A stretch of 64,000 nt of DNA from an uncultured delta proteobacterium (GCA_963711565.1 CAVQEQ010000004.1:960001-1024000); one strand, 5' to 3'; counted from the stretch's first letter, positions 21,465 through 32,561 are shown. A program made the numbers and translations. The notes: a model not told the origin generated them from the sequence alone.

Positions 21465-22625
21465 ATGCCGATTTACCTCGATCATAACGCGGGCGCTCCT
21501 CTTCGCGCCGAAGCGGCCGGCGCGATTTCGCGCCTGCTGGCAGAGGCGGGAGGGAATCCCTCGTCGGTGCATCGCGCGGGCCAGCGCTCGCGCCGGATGC
21601 TCGAGACCGCGCGCGCGCAGGTCGCGGCGCTCGTCGGTGCCGAGCCGCGGCAGATGGTGTTTACCAGCGGCGGCACTGAGTCGAACAATCTCGCAATCTT
21701 CGGCGCAATCACGGCGGCGTCGCGGCGCTGTAAAATTATTTCATCCGAAATTGAGCATTCCTCGGTCCTCGCTCCGCTAGCGGAACTCGAGCGCCGCGGC
21801 TTTGAGGTGGTGCGAGTCGTGCCAGACTCCGATGGACGAATTGATCCCGCGCGCGTGCTTGCCGCGGTCGATAGCGAGACTGCACTTATCACGCTTGGAC
21901 TTGCGAACTCCGAAGTCGGCACGATCCAGGATCTGGCGCCGCTCGCATCGACCTCCCACAACAAGGGCGCGCTATTTCATATCGATGCGGCGCAGGCCGT
22001 TGGCCGAATTCCGGTAGATGTGGCAGCTCTCGGCTGCGATCTGATGACGCTCAGCGGTCACAAGCTTGGTGCGCCTGCGGGAATCGGCGCGTTATACGTC
22101 CGCGACGCCGCGCGCATTGCGGCGATCACACTTGGTGGGCCGCATGAAAGCGGGATGCGCGCGGGGACGCCGAATCTGCTTGGCGCGGTGGCGTTTGGCG
22201 CGGCGACTGAGGCTGCGATGAGTGCAATGGACGAGGAGTCGGAGCGAATCAGTTCACTCGCGATGTCGTTGCTGAACAGACTGCGCGAGACGATTCCCGG
22301 CCTTCGCTTGAATGGGCCGCTTATCGGCCGCTTGCCGAACACTCTCAACCTCACGTTTCCGGGCGTGCTCGGCGAGAGCATGCTGATTGCGCTCGACCTC
22401 GAAGGCGTTGAAGTTTCGATGGGCTCGGCGTGTGCGGCGGGCGCCGTCGAGCCGTCGCATGTGCTGCGCGCGATGGGCCGCAGCGTCGCCGACGCGCGCA
22501 GCTCACTCAGAATCAGCCTCGGATGGAATAACACCGTGGAGGAAATCGATGCCGTCGCCAAGATCATCCCGGCGGTGTGGCGGCGAGTCGCGGATGCCGA
22601 GCCTCTTTCGGAGGACGCGCGATGA
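21465..22625 (+). CDS. iscS: cysteine desulfurase
   Basis: IYLDHNA, FTSGGTES, DAAQ, SGHK, GSAC. Confidence 0.93.
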   Translation: MPIYLDHNAGAPLRAEAAGAISRLLAEAGGNPSSVHRAGQRSRRMLETARAQVAALVGAEPRQMVFTSGGTESNNLAIFGAITAASRRCKIISSEIEHSSVLAPLAELERRGFEVVRVVPDSDGRIDPARVLAAVDSETALITLGLANSEVGTIQDLAPLASTSHNKGALFHIDAAQAVGRIPVDVAALGCDLMTLSGHKLGAPAGIGALYVRDAARIAAITLGGPHESGMRAGTPNLLGAVAFGAATEAAMSAMDEESERISSLAMSLLNRLRETIPGLRLNGPLIGRLPNTLNLTFPGVLGESMLIALDLEGVEVSMGSACAAGAVEPSHVLRAMGRSVADARSSLRISLGWNNTVEEIDAVAKIIPAVWRRVADAEPLSEDAR

Positions 22626-23716
22626 AGCCGCGAGTTCTCGTCGCAATGTCGGGCGGAGTGGACAGTTCCGTCGCGGCGGCGATTCTGCGCGAACAGGATT
22701 ACGACGTCGTCGGTGTCGCGATGCGTCTTGCGCCCGAGCCGTCCACGCCAATCGCGAAGCGGCGCGGCACCTGCTGCTCACATGACGACTTCGAAGATGC
22801 GCGCCGGGTCGCGGAGCGGATGGATTTTTCGTTCTATGTGATCGATTTGCGCGCCGACTTTGCCGCGCGCGTGGTCGATAACTTCGTTTCCGAATATCTC
22901 GGCGGCCGCACGCCGAATCCCTGCGTGATGTGCAATCGCGAGATCAAGTTCGATCGCTTGTGGAGCCGCGCGCGCGCGCTGGACGCCGAGTACGTTGCGA
23001 CCGGGCATTACGCGCGGATAGAGCAAGATGCTGACGGCAGGTTTCATCTGCTGCGCGCGGCCGACGACACCAAGGATCAGTCGTACTTTCTATTCACGCT
23101 TGGGCAGGACGAGCTCTCGCGCACAATTTTTCCGCTCGGCTCGATGACCAAGACTGAGGTTCGCGCGCGCGCCCGAGCGCTGGGGCTGGTGACCGCGGAC
23201 AAGCCGGAGAGCCAGGAAATATGCTTCGTCCCCGACGGCGACTACGCGAGTTTTGTCGAGCGGCGAAGCGATCCAGCCCAACTGCGTCCCGGCTCGATTA
23301 TCGACGGCGAAGGAAAGCGCTTGGCGGATCATGCCGGCGTGCATCTATTCACCGTCGGACAGCGCCGCGGCCTGGGTATCGCGAGTGGCGAGCGGCTGTA
23401 CGTTCGCGAGATTCGAGCCGCGTCTGGCGAGGTCGTAGCCGGGCGCCGCGAGGAGCTCGATTCTTCGGGTTTGATCGCGAATCGAGTCAGCCTGGTCGAT
23501 GATTCGATCGCGTCGGGCGGCGAGTTGAGCGTCGAAGTTAAGATTCGCTATCGGCATCGCGCGCTCCCGGCGACCATGCGCGTCGATTCGGCGCGGCGCG
23601 CCGAGATTCGTTTCGTGTCCAGTGGTCCCGCAGTGACACCCGGACAGGCGTGCGTCTTCTATCGCGGCGAGGAAGTGCTCGGCGGCGGATTTATCGAGCG
23701 GGCGCTGGAGGGCTGA
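22622..23716 (+). CDS. mnmA: tRNA 2-thiouridylase MnmA
   Basis: [38 protein letters not shown]. Confidence 0.97.
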   Translation: MKPRVLVAMSGGVDSSVAAAILREQDYDVVGVAMRLAPEPSTPIAKRRGTCCSHDDFEDARRVAERMDFSFYVIDLRADFAARVVDNFVSEYLGGRTPNPCVMCNREIKFDRLWSRARALDAEYVATGHYARIEQDADGRFHLLRAADDTKDQSYFLFTLGQDELSRTIFPLGSMTKTEVRARARALGLVTADKPESQEICFVPDGDYASFVERRSDPAQLRPGSIIDGEGKRLADHAGVHLFTVGQRRGLGIASGERLYVREIRAASGEVVAGRREELDSSGLIANRVSLVDDSIASGGELSVEVKIRYRHRALPATMRVDSARRAEIRFVSSGPAVTPGQACVFYRGEEVLGGGFIERALEG

Positions 23717-23718
23717 CG

Positions 23719-25050
23719 GTGGCAACGCGCTTCGCAATCGCAACGCTCGGATGCAAGGTCAATCAGTACGATTCGGCGATTATCGAGTCGCGGCTGCGCG
23801 CGCGCGGAATGGAACGCTGCGAATTCACCGAGCAGGCCGACGTTTACATCGTCAACACCTGCACGATTACTGATCGCGCCGACGCCGAGAGTTTGCGGAT
23901 TGCGCGGCGCGCGCGGCGGCTGAATCCCAATGCGCGCGTGGTCATGACCGGATGCCTGGCGCAAGCGAGCCCCGACCTACTGGCGAAGGCAGCCGAGGTC
24001 GATGTTGTCGTCGGACTCGGCAGGCTCGACGACCTCGAGCGCGCGGCAGCTTCAGGAGCGGGTGAGCGCGTCATGGTTACGAATCTGCGCAAGGAAAAAG
24101 CGCCGATTGAAATGGCCGCGGTCACGCTCGACGGTCGTACGCGCGCGTTCCTCAAATTGCAGGAGGGATGCGATCAGTTCTGCACGTTCTGTATCGTGCC
24201 GTTCTCGCGGGGTACCTCTCGCAGCGTCGAGCCGCGCCGCGTGATGGCTGCGCTCGACGACCTTCACGCGCGCGGTTTCAAGGAAGTCGTTCTGACCGGC
24301 GTGCATCTCGGCGGCTACGGCAAGGATCTCGAGCCGCTGGTCGAGCTGGCGGATCTGCTCGAGATGATCGCGGAGCGATGCCCGCTCGAGCGGGTGCGGA
24401 TAAGCTCGCTCGATCCCGAAGAGTTGAGCGACCGGATCGTGGAAATAATTTCGGGCAGCGAAAAATTCTGCCCGCATCTGCATCTGCCGCTGCAATCGGG
24501 CGACGACGAGACGCTGTCACGGATGCGCCGGCGTTACGAGCGCGACTATTTTCGCGATCGCGTCGAGCGCGTGCTGAGCGCGTGGCCTGATGCCGGGATT
24601 GGCACGGATCTGATTGTCGGCTTTCCTGGTGAGAGTGAGGCTCATTTCGAGTCGTACTTTAAATTTGTCGAATCGATGCCGCTTGCGTACTTCCACGTAT
24701 TTCCGTATTCGGTGCGGGCTGGGACCACGGCGGCCAAGTTTTCCGGTCGCGTGAAACCGGCGGAAATAAAGCGGCGCGCCGCGCTGGTGCGCGAACTGGG
24801 CGAGCGCAAGCGGACCGAATTCGCGCGAAGATTCATCGGCACGAAACTTAAGGTATTACTTGAAGAGCGTGGACCGGATGGCACGCTGCGAGGATACAGC
24901 CGCAATTACCTGCGGGTATCGACGCAGGGCCCCGACGAACTGACTAACCGCGAAGTCGAGGTGGAGGCGTCAACCGTTGAAGGCACCCAACTGGTTGGGG
25001 AGATTGTTCGGCCGCGGGCGGACACAACCGCCTGCGTCAGGGCCTCCTGA
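23719..25050 (+). CDS. mtaB: tRNA t6A37 methylthiotransferase MtaB
   Basis: TLGCKVNQYD, VNTC, GCDQFCTFC radical SAM motif. Confidence 0.93.
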   Translation: MATRFAIATLGCKVNQYDSAIIESRLRARGMERCEFTEQADVYIVNTCTITDRADAESLRIARRARRLNPNARVVMTGCLAQASPDLLAKAAEVDVVVGLGRLDDLERAAASGAGERVMVTNLRKEKAPIEMAAVTLDGRTRAFLKLQEGCDQFCTFCIVPFSRGTSRSVEPRRVMAALDDLHARGFKEVVLTGVHLGGYGKDLEPLVELADLLEMIAERCPLERVRISSLDPEELSDRIVEIISGSEKFCPHLHLPLQSGDDETLSRMRRRYERDYFRDRVERVLSAWPDAGIGTDLIVGFPGESEAHFESYFKFVESMPLAYFHVFPYSVRAGTTAAKFSGRVKPAEIKRRAALVRELGERKRTEFARRFIGTKLKVLLEERGPDGTLRGYSRNYLRVSTQGPDELTNREVEVEASTVEGTQLVGEIVRPRADTTACVRAS

Positions 25051-25738
25051 AAGTCCCGGCACCCAACTCGAGCGCGTGCTCGGCTATTCGTTCTCACGGC
25101 CGGAGTTGCTCGAAACCGCGCTGACGCATCCGAGCGCCGCCGTCGGCAGCGACGTGCATTACGAGCGGTTAGAGTTTCTTGGCGACGCGGTGCTCGATCT
25201 TGCGATTGCCGACCTGCTGATGCGGAAGTTCCCGACGGCGAAGGAAGGCCCGCTGTCCAAGCAGCGCGCCTCGATCGTGAACGCCCGCACGCTGGCGCTC
25301 AAGGCGCAGGCGATTGAATTGAACGAGATGATGCGACTGGGCAAAGGCGAAGAAAAAAGCGGCGGGCGCGAGAAGACCTCGATTCTTGCGGCCGTATTCG
25401 AGGCCGTGATCGGTGCAATCTACACCGACGGCGGACTCACGCCCGCGCAGCAAGTGGTCGAGCGCCTATTCGAAAACGACATCGGCGGACCCTCGGCGGA
25501 GCGCGACTACAAAACCGAATTGCAGGAAGTCGCGTACCGGCATTTTCGCACGCAGCCGGTGTACGAACTGATCGGGACCGATGGGCCCGATCACGCCAAG
25601 CGCTTCACCACGCGAATCCGGATCGCGGGGCGCGACCTCGGCGTGGCGGAGGGCGGCAGCAAGAAGCAGAGTGAGCAGGCTGCCGCGCGACTCGCGCTCG
25701 ATCGAATCGAAGAAGAGCGCGGTGAGCGTAATGGGTGA
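24977..25738 (+). CDS. rnc: ribonuclease III
   Basis: ALTHPS, YERLEFLGDAVL, C-terminal dsRBD; start uncertain (overlaps mtaB). Confidence 0.95.
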   Translation: MKAPNWLGRLFGRGRTQPPASGPPESPGTQLERVLGYSFSRPELLETALTHPSAAVGSDVHYERLEFLGDAVLDLAIADLLMRKFPTAKEGPLSKQRASIVNARTLALKAQAIELNEMMRLGKGEEKSGGREKTSILAAVFEAVIGAIYTDGGLTPAQQVVERLFENDIGGPSAERDYKTELQEVAYRHFRTQPVYELIGTDGPDHAKRFTTRIRIAGRDLGVAEGGSKKQSEQAAARLALDRIEEERGERNG

Positions 25739-26618
25739 GCATCGCGCAGGCTTCGTCGCGGTCGCGGGACGCACCAACGTCGGCAAATCGACGCTGGTGA
25801 ATCTGCTCGTGGGCCACAAGGTCGCGATCGTCACGCCGCGTCCGCAGACCACGCGCCGGAGAATTCTCGGTATCCGCAGCGACGCCGACGCGCAAATCCT
25901 GCTGATCGACACGCCCGGACTGCACGAGGCGAAGAAGCAATTGAATCAGCGCATGGTGCAGACGGCGCGGCGCGCGATCGCGGAGGGCGAAGTCATTCTG
26001 GCCGTGGTGGAAGCGGGCGATCATCTGAATCCCGGAGATCGCGCGGTGCTGATTGACATTCGCGCGCTTGGCCGTCCGACGGTCGTTGCAATCAACAAGG
26101 TGGATCGCGTCCCGCGTGCACAACTGCTGCCGCTGATCGAGGAAATCAACCGGGGATTTCCCGGCGCCGAGATCGTCCCCGTCAGCGCGCGCACCGGCGA
26201 AAACGTTGACGAGCTGTTGGCAACTCTCAAGCGGATGCTGCCGGAGAGCCCGGCGCTGATGGCGGCCGACGAATACACCGATCAGACCGAGCGAATGATC
26301 GCGGAAGAGATCGTTCGCGAGAAAATCTTTCTCAAGATGCGCCAGGAGATTCCGTTCTCGACCGCGGTCAGAGTCGAAAAGTTCGAAGATGAAGCGGAAC
26401 GCAAGCTCAAGCGGATCAGCGCGACGGTGGTGGTCGATCGCGAGTCGCACAAAGGCATGCTGATTGGCGCGGGCGGCGGCACGCTCAAGGAGATCGGCAC
26501 GGCGGCGCGAATCGAGCTCGAGGAAATCCTCGGCGCGCGCGTGTTCCTGGAAATCGTCGTCAAAGTCGAGCGCGACTGGACCCGCGATCCACGCAAGCTC
26601 GCGGAGTTCGGGCTGTGA
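25731..26618 (+). CDS. era: GTPase Era
   Basis: GRTNVGKST, QTTR, DTPG, NKVD, C-terminal KH domain. Confidence 0.96.
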   Translation: MGEHRAGFVAVAGRTNVGKSTLVNLLVGHKVAIVTPRPQTTRRRILGIRSDADAQILLIDTPGLHEAKKQLNQRMVQTARRAIAEGEVILAVVEAGDHLNPGDRAVLIDIRALGRPTVVAINKVDRVPRAQLLPLIEEINRGFPGAEIVPVSARTGENVDELLATLKRMLPESPALMAADEYTDQTERMIAEEIVREKIFLKMRQEIPFSTAVRVEKFEDEAERKLKRISATVVVDRESHKGMLIGAGGGTLKEIGTAARIELEEILGARVFLEIVVKVERDWTRDPRKLAEFGL

Positions 26619-28066
26619 CGAATCCGCGCAAAGCGCCGGGCGCCGAGGCGCGGCGAATTGCCGCCGAAGGTCTGCCTGCCGTGGTGCTCGTTGGCCGTGC
26701 GAATGCGGGCAAGTCCACGCTGTTCAATCGAATTGCGAAAGGCGGGCGCGCGATTACCAGTGCGATTCCCGGCACCACGCGCGATCTGAATTTCGCGCGC
26801 GCAAAATACGGTGACCGTGAATTTGTCGTAATCGACAGCGGCGGCCTGGAGCTCGGCGGCCATGAGCGGATGACGGAGCGTATCGTCGCCGAGGCGCTCG
26901 CCGCCGTCGGCGTCGCTGACGTGGTCGTCTTCATGCTCGACGGCAGGGGCGGCCTGAGCGAGGCCGACGCCGAGGCGCTCGCGCTCGTGCGCGAGACCGG
27001 ATGCCCGCTGATCGTTGCGGTCAACAAGATCGATCGGCCGGGCCAGGAGGCCGAGGCGTCCGAATTCTACTCGCTCGGCGCCGACGAATTGTTTTTCATC
27101 TCGGCGGCGCATGGGCGCGGAGTTGACGAGCTGCTCGATCAAGTGGTCGCGCGGCTGCCCGAGCGCGAAGGCGTCGCGGCGGCAGTTCCGGATTTGAGGC
27201 TCGCTCTGATCGGCCGGCCCAACGTCGGGAAATCGTCGCTGCTCAATCGCCTGTCGGGATTCGAGCGCGCGATCGTGGACGACACTCCCGGCACGACGCG
27301 CGATCCGGTGGACGTGCGGTTGACTTCGGGCGGCCGCGACGTGCTGCTGATCGACACTGCGGGAATACGCAGGCCACCACGCGTCGAGGGTGAGCTCGAG
27401 CATCATTCGGTCGGCCGCGCGATCGAAACGATTCGGCGCGCCAACGTCGTGCTGCTGGTGATCGACGCGAGCGAAGGAATCACCGACCAGGACGCGCGGC
27501 TGGCGCGGCTGGTGGACAGCAACGATCGCGCGATGGTGATTGTGTGCAACAAGTGGGACGTTGCGGCGAAGGCGGGGCGCAAGGTCGCCACTTTTGTCCG
27601 CGATGCGCACGAGCGCTACCCGTTCCTCGAGTACGCATCGATGGTATTCACGTCGGCGGTGACGGGCGACGGCGTCAACGGCATCATCCCGGCGGCAACG
27701 CAGGCGGGCGATTCGTGGCGCGCGGTTTTTCAGACGTCGCGGCTGAATCGCACGCTGGCCGAGGCGACCGCCGCGATGGACCCGCCGCAAGTCGATCGGC
27801 GCCGCTTGAACCTGATGTACGTGACGCAGGTCGGCAACGCGCCGCCGCGTCTTCGATTTTTCACCAACGTCGAACGCGGCATCCCGGCGCACTACATTCG
27901 ATTCATTGAAACGCGATTTCGAAAATCGCTGGGACTGGTCGGTACTCCGCTGCGGCTCGATTTTCGGCGCACCGGCCGCTCGTGGGTGCAAGGTGCTCCG
28001 CCGCGACCAACGCGCGGCAAGCCGCGCAACCGTCCCGCGCCGCGAACCAAACCAGCGCGCGCGTAG
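26615..28066 (+). CDS. der: ribosome biogenesis GTPase Der
   Basis: Two G domains (GRANAGKS, GRPNVGKS), GTTRD twice. Confidence 0.96.
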   Translation: MTNPRKAPGAEARRIAAEGLPAVVLVGRANAGKSTLFNRIAKGGRAITSAIPGTTRDLNFARAKYGDREFVVIDSGGLELGGHERMTERIVAEALAAVGVADVVVFMLDGRGGLSEADAEALALVRETGCPLIVAVNKIDRPGQEAEASEFYSLGADELFFISAAHGRGVDELLDQVVARLPEREGVAAAVPDLRLALIGRPNVGKSSLLNRLSGFERAIVDDTPGTTRDPVDVRLTSGGRDVLLIDTAGIRRPPRVEGELEHHSVGRAIETIRRANVVLLVIDASEGITDQDARLARLVDSNDRAMVIVCNKWDVAAKAGRKVATFVRDAHERYPFLEYASMVFTSAVTGDGVNGIIPAATQAGDSWRAVFQTSRLNRTLAEATAAMDPPQVDRRRLNLMYVTQVGNAPPRLRFFTNVERGIPAHYIRFIETRFRKSLGLVGTPLRLDFRRTGRSWVQGAPPRPTRGKPRNRPAPRTKPARA

Positions 28067-28094
28067 GTTATCCGTGATGCGAATTTTCCAACCA

Positions 28095-28331
28095 ATGAGA
28101 GATCCAAAGAAACACACGCCCGCCGTGCTAGCGACCATATTGCTCGCGCTTTTGCTTTTGATCTATTTGGAGAACTTTGTTGTTCCCGCTGATTGGACCC
28201 GGACCCACGACACAATACACGCGCGTATCGTCCTTACTTGCTTACAGCCGCTACTTTTATGGCGGCAGCGGCAGTGGCAGGAAGAACGGGAACGGAAGCG
28301 CGCAAATCAGGACACTACCCGCGTAGGATAA
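28095..28331 (+). CDS. small hypothetical membrane protein
   Basis: Fills the der-guaA gap; one strong hydrophobic stretch (VLATILLALLLLIYL); lower GC; start could be 28077. Confidence 0.4.
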   Translation: MRDPKKHTPAVLATILLALLLLIYLENFVVPADWTRTHDTIHARIVLTCLQPLLLWRQRQWQEERERKRANQDTTRVG

Positions 28332-28400
28332 ACGCTTGTGGACCGTCGATCGCGGCGGCGTTTCTTACCCCGCGTGGCGTCCGGTATATTTCAATATACA

Positions 28401-29930
28401 GTGATCCTGATTCTTGATTTCGGCAGCCAGTACACGCAGCTAATCGCGCGCCGCGTGCGCGAAGCGAACGTGTATTGCGAAATCCATCCGTTCAACTTCG
28501 CGCCCGAAAAAATCCGCGCGATGAATCCGCGAGGAATTATTCTGTCCGGTGGACCGGCGAGCCTGTACGAAGAGAATGCGCCAGACATTTCCGACGAAGT
28601 GCTGAATCTCGGCTGCCCGGTGCTGGGAATCTGCTACGGACTATACGTGATCGCGCGGCACATGGGCGCGCACAGTGTAGGCTCGCGTCAACGCGAGTAC
28701 GGACCCGCGACGCTGGTGATCGACGGCGACGACCTGCTGTTCGAGGGACTTAGCGGACGCGAGCATCGCGTATGGATGAGTCACGGCGATCGCGTCGAGG
28801 CGATTCCGGGCGCGCTGTGCGCGATCGCGCACAGTGACAACTCGCCGTACGCGGCGTTCAAGTCGCGCGACGGGCGCATGCGCGGAATCCAGTTTCATCC
28901 CGAGGTCGTGCACACGCCGTGCGGCGCGCAGGTGCTGCGCAACTTCGTGTTGAAAATCTGTGGCGAGCGCGGCGATTGGACGATGGCGAATTTTGTCGAG
29001 ACGAAACTCGCCGAGATTCGCAAGCAGGTCGGCCCGACCGACAAGGTGCTGATGGGATTGTCGGGCGGCGTCAACTCTTCCGTGGCGGCCGCGCTGATTC
29101 ATCGCGCGATCGGCTCACGGCTGCATTGCGTGTTCGTCGACACTGGACTGCTGCGCGCGGGCGAGCGCGAACGGATGGAAAATACGTTCGCCGGCCAGCT
29201 CGGGATCGATCTCAAGGTTACCGATGCGTCCGAGCTTTTTTTGTCGCGGCTGGCGGGCGTGCTCGACCCCGAGCAAAAGCGGCGTATCATCGGCCACACC
29301 TTCATCGACGTGTTCGAATCCGAGGAGGTCGTCAAGGGCGCGCGATTTCTCGGCCAGGGCACGCTCTACCCCGACGTGATCGAATCGGTGTCCTTCAAGG
29401 GTCCATCGGCGGTGATCAAGAGTCATCACAATGTCGGCGGATTGCCGGAGCGGATGCGCCTGGAACTCGTCGAACCGTTGCGCGAGCTGTTCAAGGATGA
29501 GGTCCGCGAAGTCGGCCGGCAGCTTGGGCTGGCGGCTGAAGTCGTTGAGCGGGAGCCCTTTCCCGGACCCGGTCTGGCGGTGCGAATCGTCGGCGAGGTC
29601 ACGCGCGAGCGGCTCGATCTGTTGCGGCGCGCCGACGCGATCGTGATGGAAGAAACCGCTGCCGCCGGCTTCGGACTCAAGCTGTGGCAGGCGTTCGCGG
29701 TGTTGTTGCCGCTCAAGACGGTCGGCGTGATGGGCGACGGGCGCAGCTACGAAAGCGTGATCGCAATTCGCGCGGTCGAGTCAATGGACGGGATGACGGC
29801 GGATTGGGCGCGCCTGGAGCCGGCCTTTCTTGCGCGCGTCTCGAGCCGAATCACCAACGAGGTCAAGGGCGTCAACCGTGTCGTTTACGACATCACGTCG
29901 AAGCCGCCGGCGACGATCGAGTGGGAATGA
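28401..29930 (+). CDS. guaA: GMP synthase (glutamine-hydrolysing)
   Basis: ILDFGSQY, GICYG, QFHPEV, IKSHHNV, KPPATIEWE. Confidence 0.97.
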   Translation: MILILDFGSQYTQLIARRVREANVYCEIHPFNFAPEKIRAMNPRGIILSGGPASLYEENAPDISDEVLNLGCPVLGICYGLYVIARHMGAHSVGSRQREYGPATLVIDGDDLLFEGLSGREHRVWMSHGDRVEAIPGALCAIAHSDNSPYAAFKSRDGRMRGIQFHPEVVHTPCGAQVLRNFVLKICGERGDWTMANFVETKLAEIRKQVGPTDKVLMGLSGGVNSSVAAALIHRAIGSRLHCVFVDTGLLRAGERERMENTFAGQLGIDLKVTDASELFLSRLAGVLDPEQKRRIIGHTFIDVFESEEVVKGARFLGQGTLYPDVIESVSFKGPSAVIKSHHNVGGLPERMRLELVEPLRELFKDEVREVGRQLGLAAEVVEREPFPGPGLAVRIVGEVTRERLDLLRRADAIVMEETAAAGFGLKLWQAFAVLLPLKTVGVMGDGRSYESVIAIRAVESMDGMTADWARLEPAFLARVSSRITNEVKGVNRVVYDITSKPPATIEWE

Positions 29931-31378
29931 CTGTGCCGGTTCGCACGCGCTTCGCGCCGAGCCCGACCGGCTCGCTCCACATCGGCAACGTTCGCTCGGG
30001 CCTATTCGCCTACCTGTACGCGCGTCACAACCACGGCCAGTTCATCCTGCGCGTCAACGACACCGATCGCGAACGATCGACGAAACAGTCGCTCGAGGAA
30101 ATTCTCGCGGATTTGAAATGGCTCGGGATGGAATGGGACGAGGGTCCGCCCGACGAGGCATACTTTCAGACCAATCGAGTCGAACGCCATCGTGAAGCCG
30201 CGTTGAAACTTTTGCGCGAGCGCAAGGCGTATCCTTGCTACTGCTCGACGGAGGAACTCGACGCCAAGCGCAAGCAGGCCGAGCGCGAGCGTCGCCGGCC
30301 GGTTTACGATCGCAAGTGCCGCGGGCTCGACTGCCCCGCGGACTTGCCGCTGCCCGACAAATCTGCCGGCCGGAACTATACGATTCGGTTCGCAATGCCC
30401 CTCGATGGCGAGACGATCGTCAACGATCTCGTGAAAGGCCGGATGGTCTTTCAGAATAGCGAGCTCGACGACTTCATCATCGTGCGCTCGGACGGCTCGC
30501 CGATTTACAACTTCGCGAGCATCCTCGACGACGTGGATATGCAAATCACGCACATCGTTCGCGGCGACGATCACGTGTCGAATACGCCGCGTCAGATGCA
30601 GATGGCGTACGCGCTCGGCTTCACGCCGCCCGCGTTCGCGCATCTGCCGCAGGTGCTGGGGCCCGACGGATCGCCGCTCTCGAAACGCCACGGCGCAACG
30701 TCGGTGATCGCTTATCGCGAGAACGGTTACTTTCCGGAGGCGATGCTGAACTACCTCGCGCGCCTCGGATGGTCGCACGGCGACCAGGAAATTTTCTCGA
30801 AGGATGAGCTGATCAACTTCTTTGGCTTCGAGGCGTGCGGAAAGTCGGCCGGCGTATTCAACGCCGAGAAATTGCTCTGGCTCAATTTCCATTACCTGAA
30901 GGAGCGGCCGCTACCGCGGCTCGTGGCCGAAATCAAGCCATTCATCGCTCAACGCGGATGGCCGATTCCGGGCGACGACGCGTGGCTCGAAAAGGCCGTC
31001 GCTACTCTGCACGAGCGCGCCAAGACGCTGGTCGAGTTGGTGGACTTCGCGTCGTTCTACTTGAAAGACGACATCGCGACAGATTCCAAGGCGGCGGCGA
31101 AATTCCTGAAGCCCGAAATCGCCGAGCCTCTGCGCGCGTTGGCCGCCGAGATCGAATCCCACGAGGGAGAAGTCTCCGAGGCGTCGGTGCAGGCCGTGTT
31201 CGAATCTGTTCTCGCGCGTTTCAACCTCAAACTCGGACAACTCGCGCAGCCGGTCCGCGTCGCGCTCACCGGCGGCACCGTCAGTCCCGGGATTTACGAG
31301 GTGATCGCGGTCCTGGGTAAACGACGCACCGTCGATCGCCTGAACGCCGCCGTCCGCCTGATCGTGCCGACCGCTTAG
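29927..31378 (+). CDS. gltX: glutamate--tRNA ligase
   Basis: RFAPSPTG.LHIG, RGDDH, LSKR; ATG overlaps guaA TGA. Confidence 0.97.
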   Translation: MTVPVRTRFAPSPTGSLHIGNVRSGLFAYLYARHNHGQFILRVNDTDRERSTKQSLEEILADLKWLGMEWDEGPPDEAYFQTNRVERHREAALKLLRERKAYPCYCSTEELDAKRKQAERERRRPVYDRKCRGLDCPADLPLPDKSAGRNYTIRFAMPLDGETIVNDLVKGRMVFQNSELDDFIIVRSDGSPIYNFASILDDVDMQITHIVRGDDHVSNTPRQMQMAYALGFTPPAFAHLPQVLGPDGSPLSKRHGATSVIAYRENGYFPEAMLNYLARLGWSHGDQEIFSKDELINFFGFEACGKSAGVFNAEKLLWLNFHYLKERPLPRLVAEIKPFIAQRGWPIPGDDAWLEKAVATLHERAKTLVELVDFASFYLKDDIATDSKAAAKFLKPEIAEPLRALAAEIESHEGEVSEASVQAVFESVLARFNLKLGQLAQPVRVALTGGTVSPGIYEVIAVLGKRRTVDRLNAAVRLIVPTA

Positions 31379-31379
31379 A

Positions 31380-31914
31380 TCACTTCGTACTCGTCGGTGG
31401 TAGCACGAGGATCTGCCCGTTCATCTCCGGCTGATGTACCGTACAGTAGAAGTCGAAGATTCCGTCTTTGTGAAATGTGAACACGTAGGACGTTCTTGGT
31501 GAGCGGTGCCAGCTTCAGATGCAACAGTACTGCTGAATCCGGCGCAGTGAGCATGAAGTCGTGCTCGTCGTCAGACTGCAGATTCCAGAACGTGAGCATC
31601 GTCGGCACGTCGCGATGAACCGCGATAAACGTTGGCGAGAATGCGTAAACCTCGCCGAATTTCACCACCGTCTCCTTCGGCCCCGTCTCCTTGATCGCGA
31701 CCGCCTCCGTCAGAATGGTCACCTGCGCCTCCGCGATGCCCGTTTTCGCGACGGACACGATCTTTGACGCGGCCGCATCCGGCAGGTAGAAGTGCTTGTC
31801 CATCGGCGGCATGGACCCAGCACTCGCGACGGCCCTCAACGCGAGCAATATTGCCGGTACGGCTGCTGCCGGAACTCGACGCCAAATTGCGCGAGCCACT
31901 TCCCAGTTACTCAT
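31380..31914 (-). pseudogene. secreted cupredoxin-domain protein with an apparent 1-nt frameshift near 31493
   Basis: Signal peptide, FSP..I.V...N...EHDF; the shifted frame gives FDFYCTVHQPEMNGQILV (C-H-M copper ligands); may be a sequencing error. Confidence 0.8.
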
Positions 31915-31934
31915 CCAAATAGTACCTTGATTGC

Positions 31935-32537
31935 ATGAGTGTACTCGTACCATACGTAGTCGAGCAGACCGGCCGCGGCGAGCGTTCTTACGACATCTAT
32001 TCGCGCTTGCTCAAGGACCGGATCGTTTTCCTGGGCGGCACCGTGACCGACGATCTCGCCAACCTGGTCACCGCACAACTGCTGTTCCTCGAGTCCGAGG
32101 ATCCCGAGCGCGAAATCAACATGTACATCAACTCGCCGGGTGGCTCGGTCACCGCCGGCCTGGCAATCTACGACACGATGCAATTCGTGAAGCCTCCCGT
32201 CTCGACGCTGTGCGTAGGCCAGGCCGCCAGCATGGGATCGCTCCTGTTGGCCGCGGGAGCCAAGGGCAGGAGATACTCGCTGCCGCACTCGCGAATACTG
32301 ATCCATCAGGTCTCCGGCGGCTTCGAGGGGCAGGCCAGCGATATCGAGATTCACGCACGCGAGGCTTTGCGTCTTCGCGAAATCCTCAACGACATTCTTG
32401 CTCATCACACCGGCCAGAACGTTAAGAAGATCGAAAAGGATACCGACCGCGACAACTTCATGTCCGCGGCGCAGGCCGTCGAGTACGGACTTATCGACGA
32501 AGTGATTGCGGGGCGGCCGATCAAGGCCTCGCTCTAG
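31935..32537 (+). CDS. clpP: ATP-dependent Clp protease proteolytic subunit
   Basis: [29 protein letters not shown]. Confidence 0.98.
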   Translation: MSVLVPYVVEQTGRGERSYDIYSRLLKDRIVFLGGTVTDDLANLVTAQLLFLESEDPEREINMYINSPGGSVTAGLAIYDTMQFVKPPVSTLCVGQAASMGSLLLAAGAKGRRYSLPHSRILIHQVSGGFEGQASDIEIHAREALRLREILNDILAHHTGQNVKKIEKDTDRDNFMSAAQAVEYGLIDEVIAGRPIKASL

Positions 32538-32561
32538 CCGATAAACGGGCCGCGCTCGCCC

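Noticed and set aside
26282-28138. 618-aa minus-strand ORF
   Set aside because: Antisense shadow of der/era with no recognisable motifs
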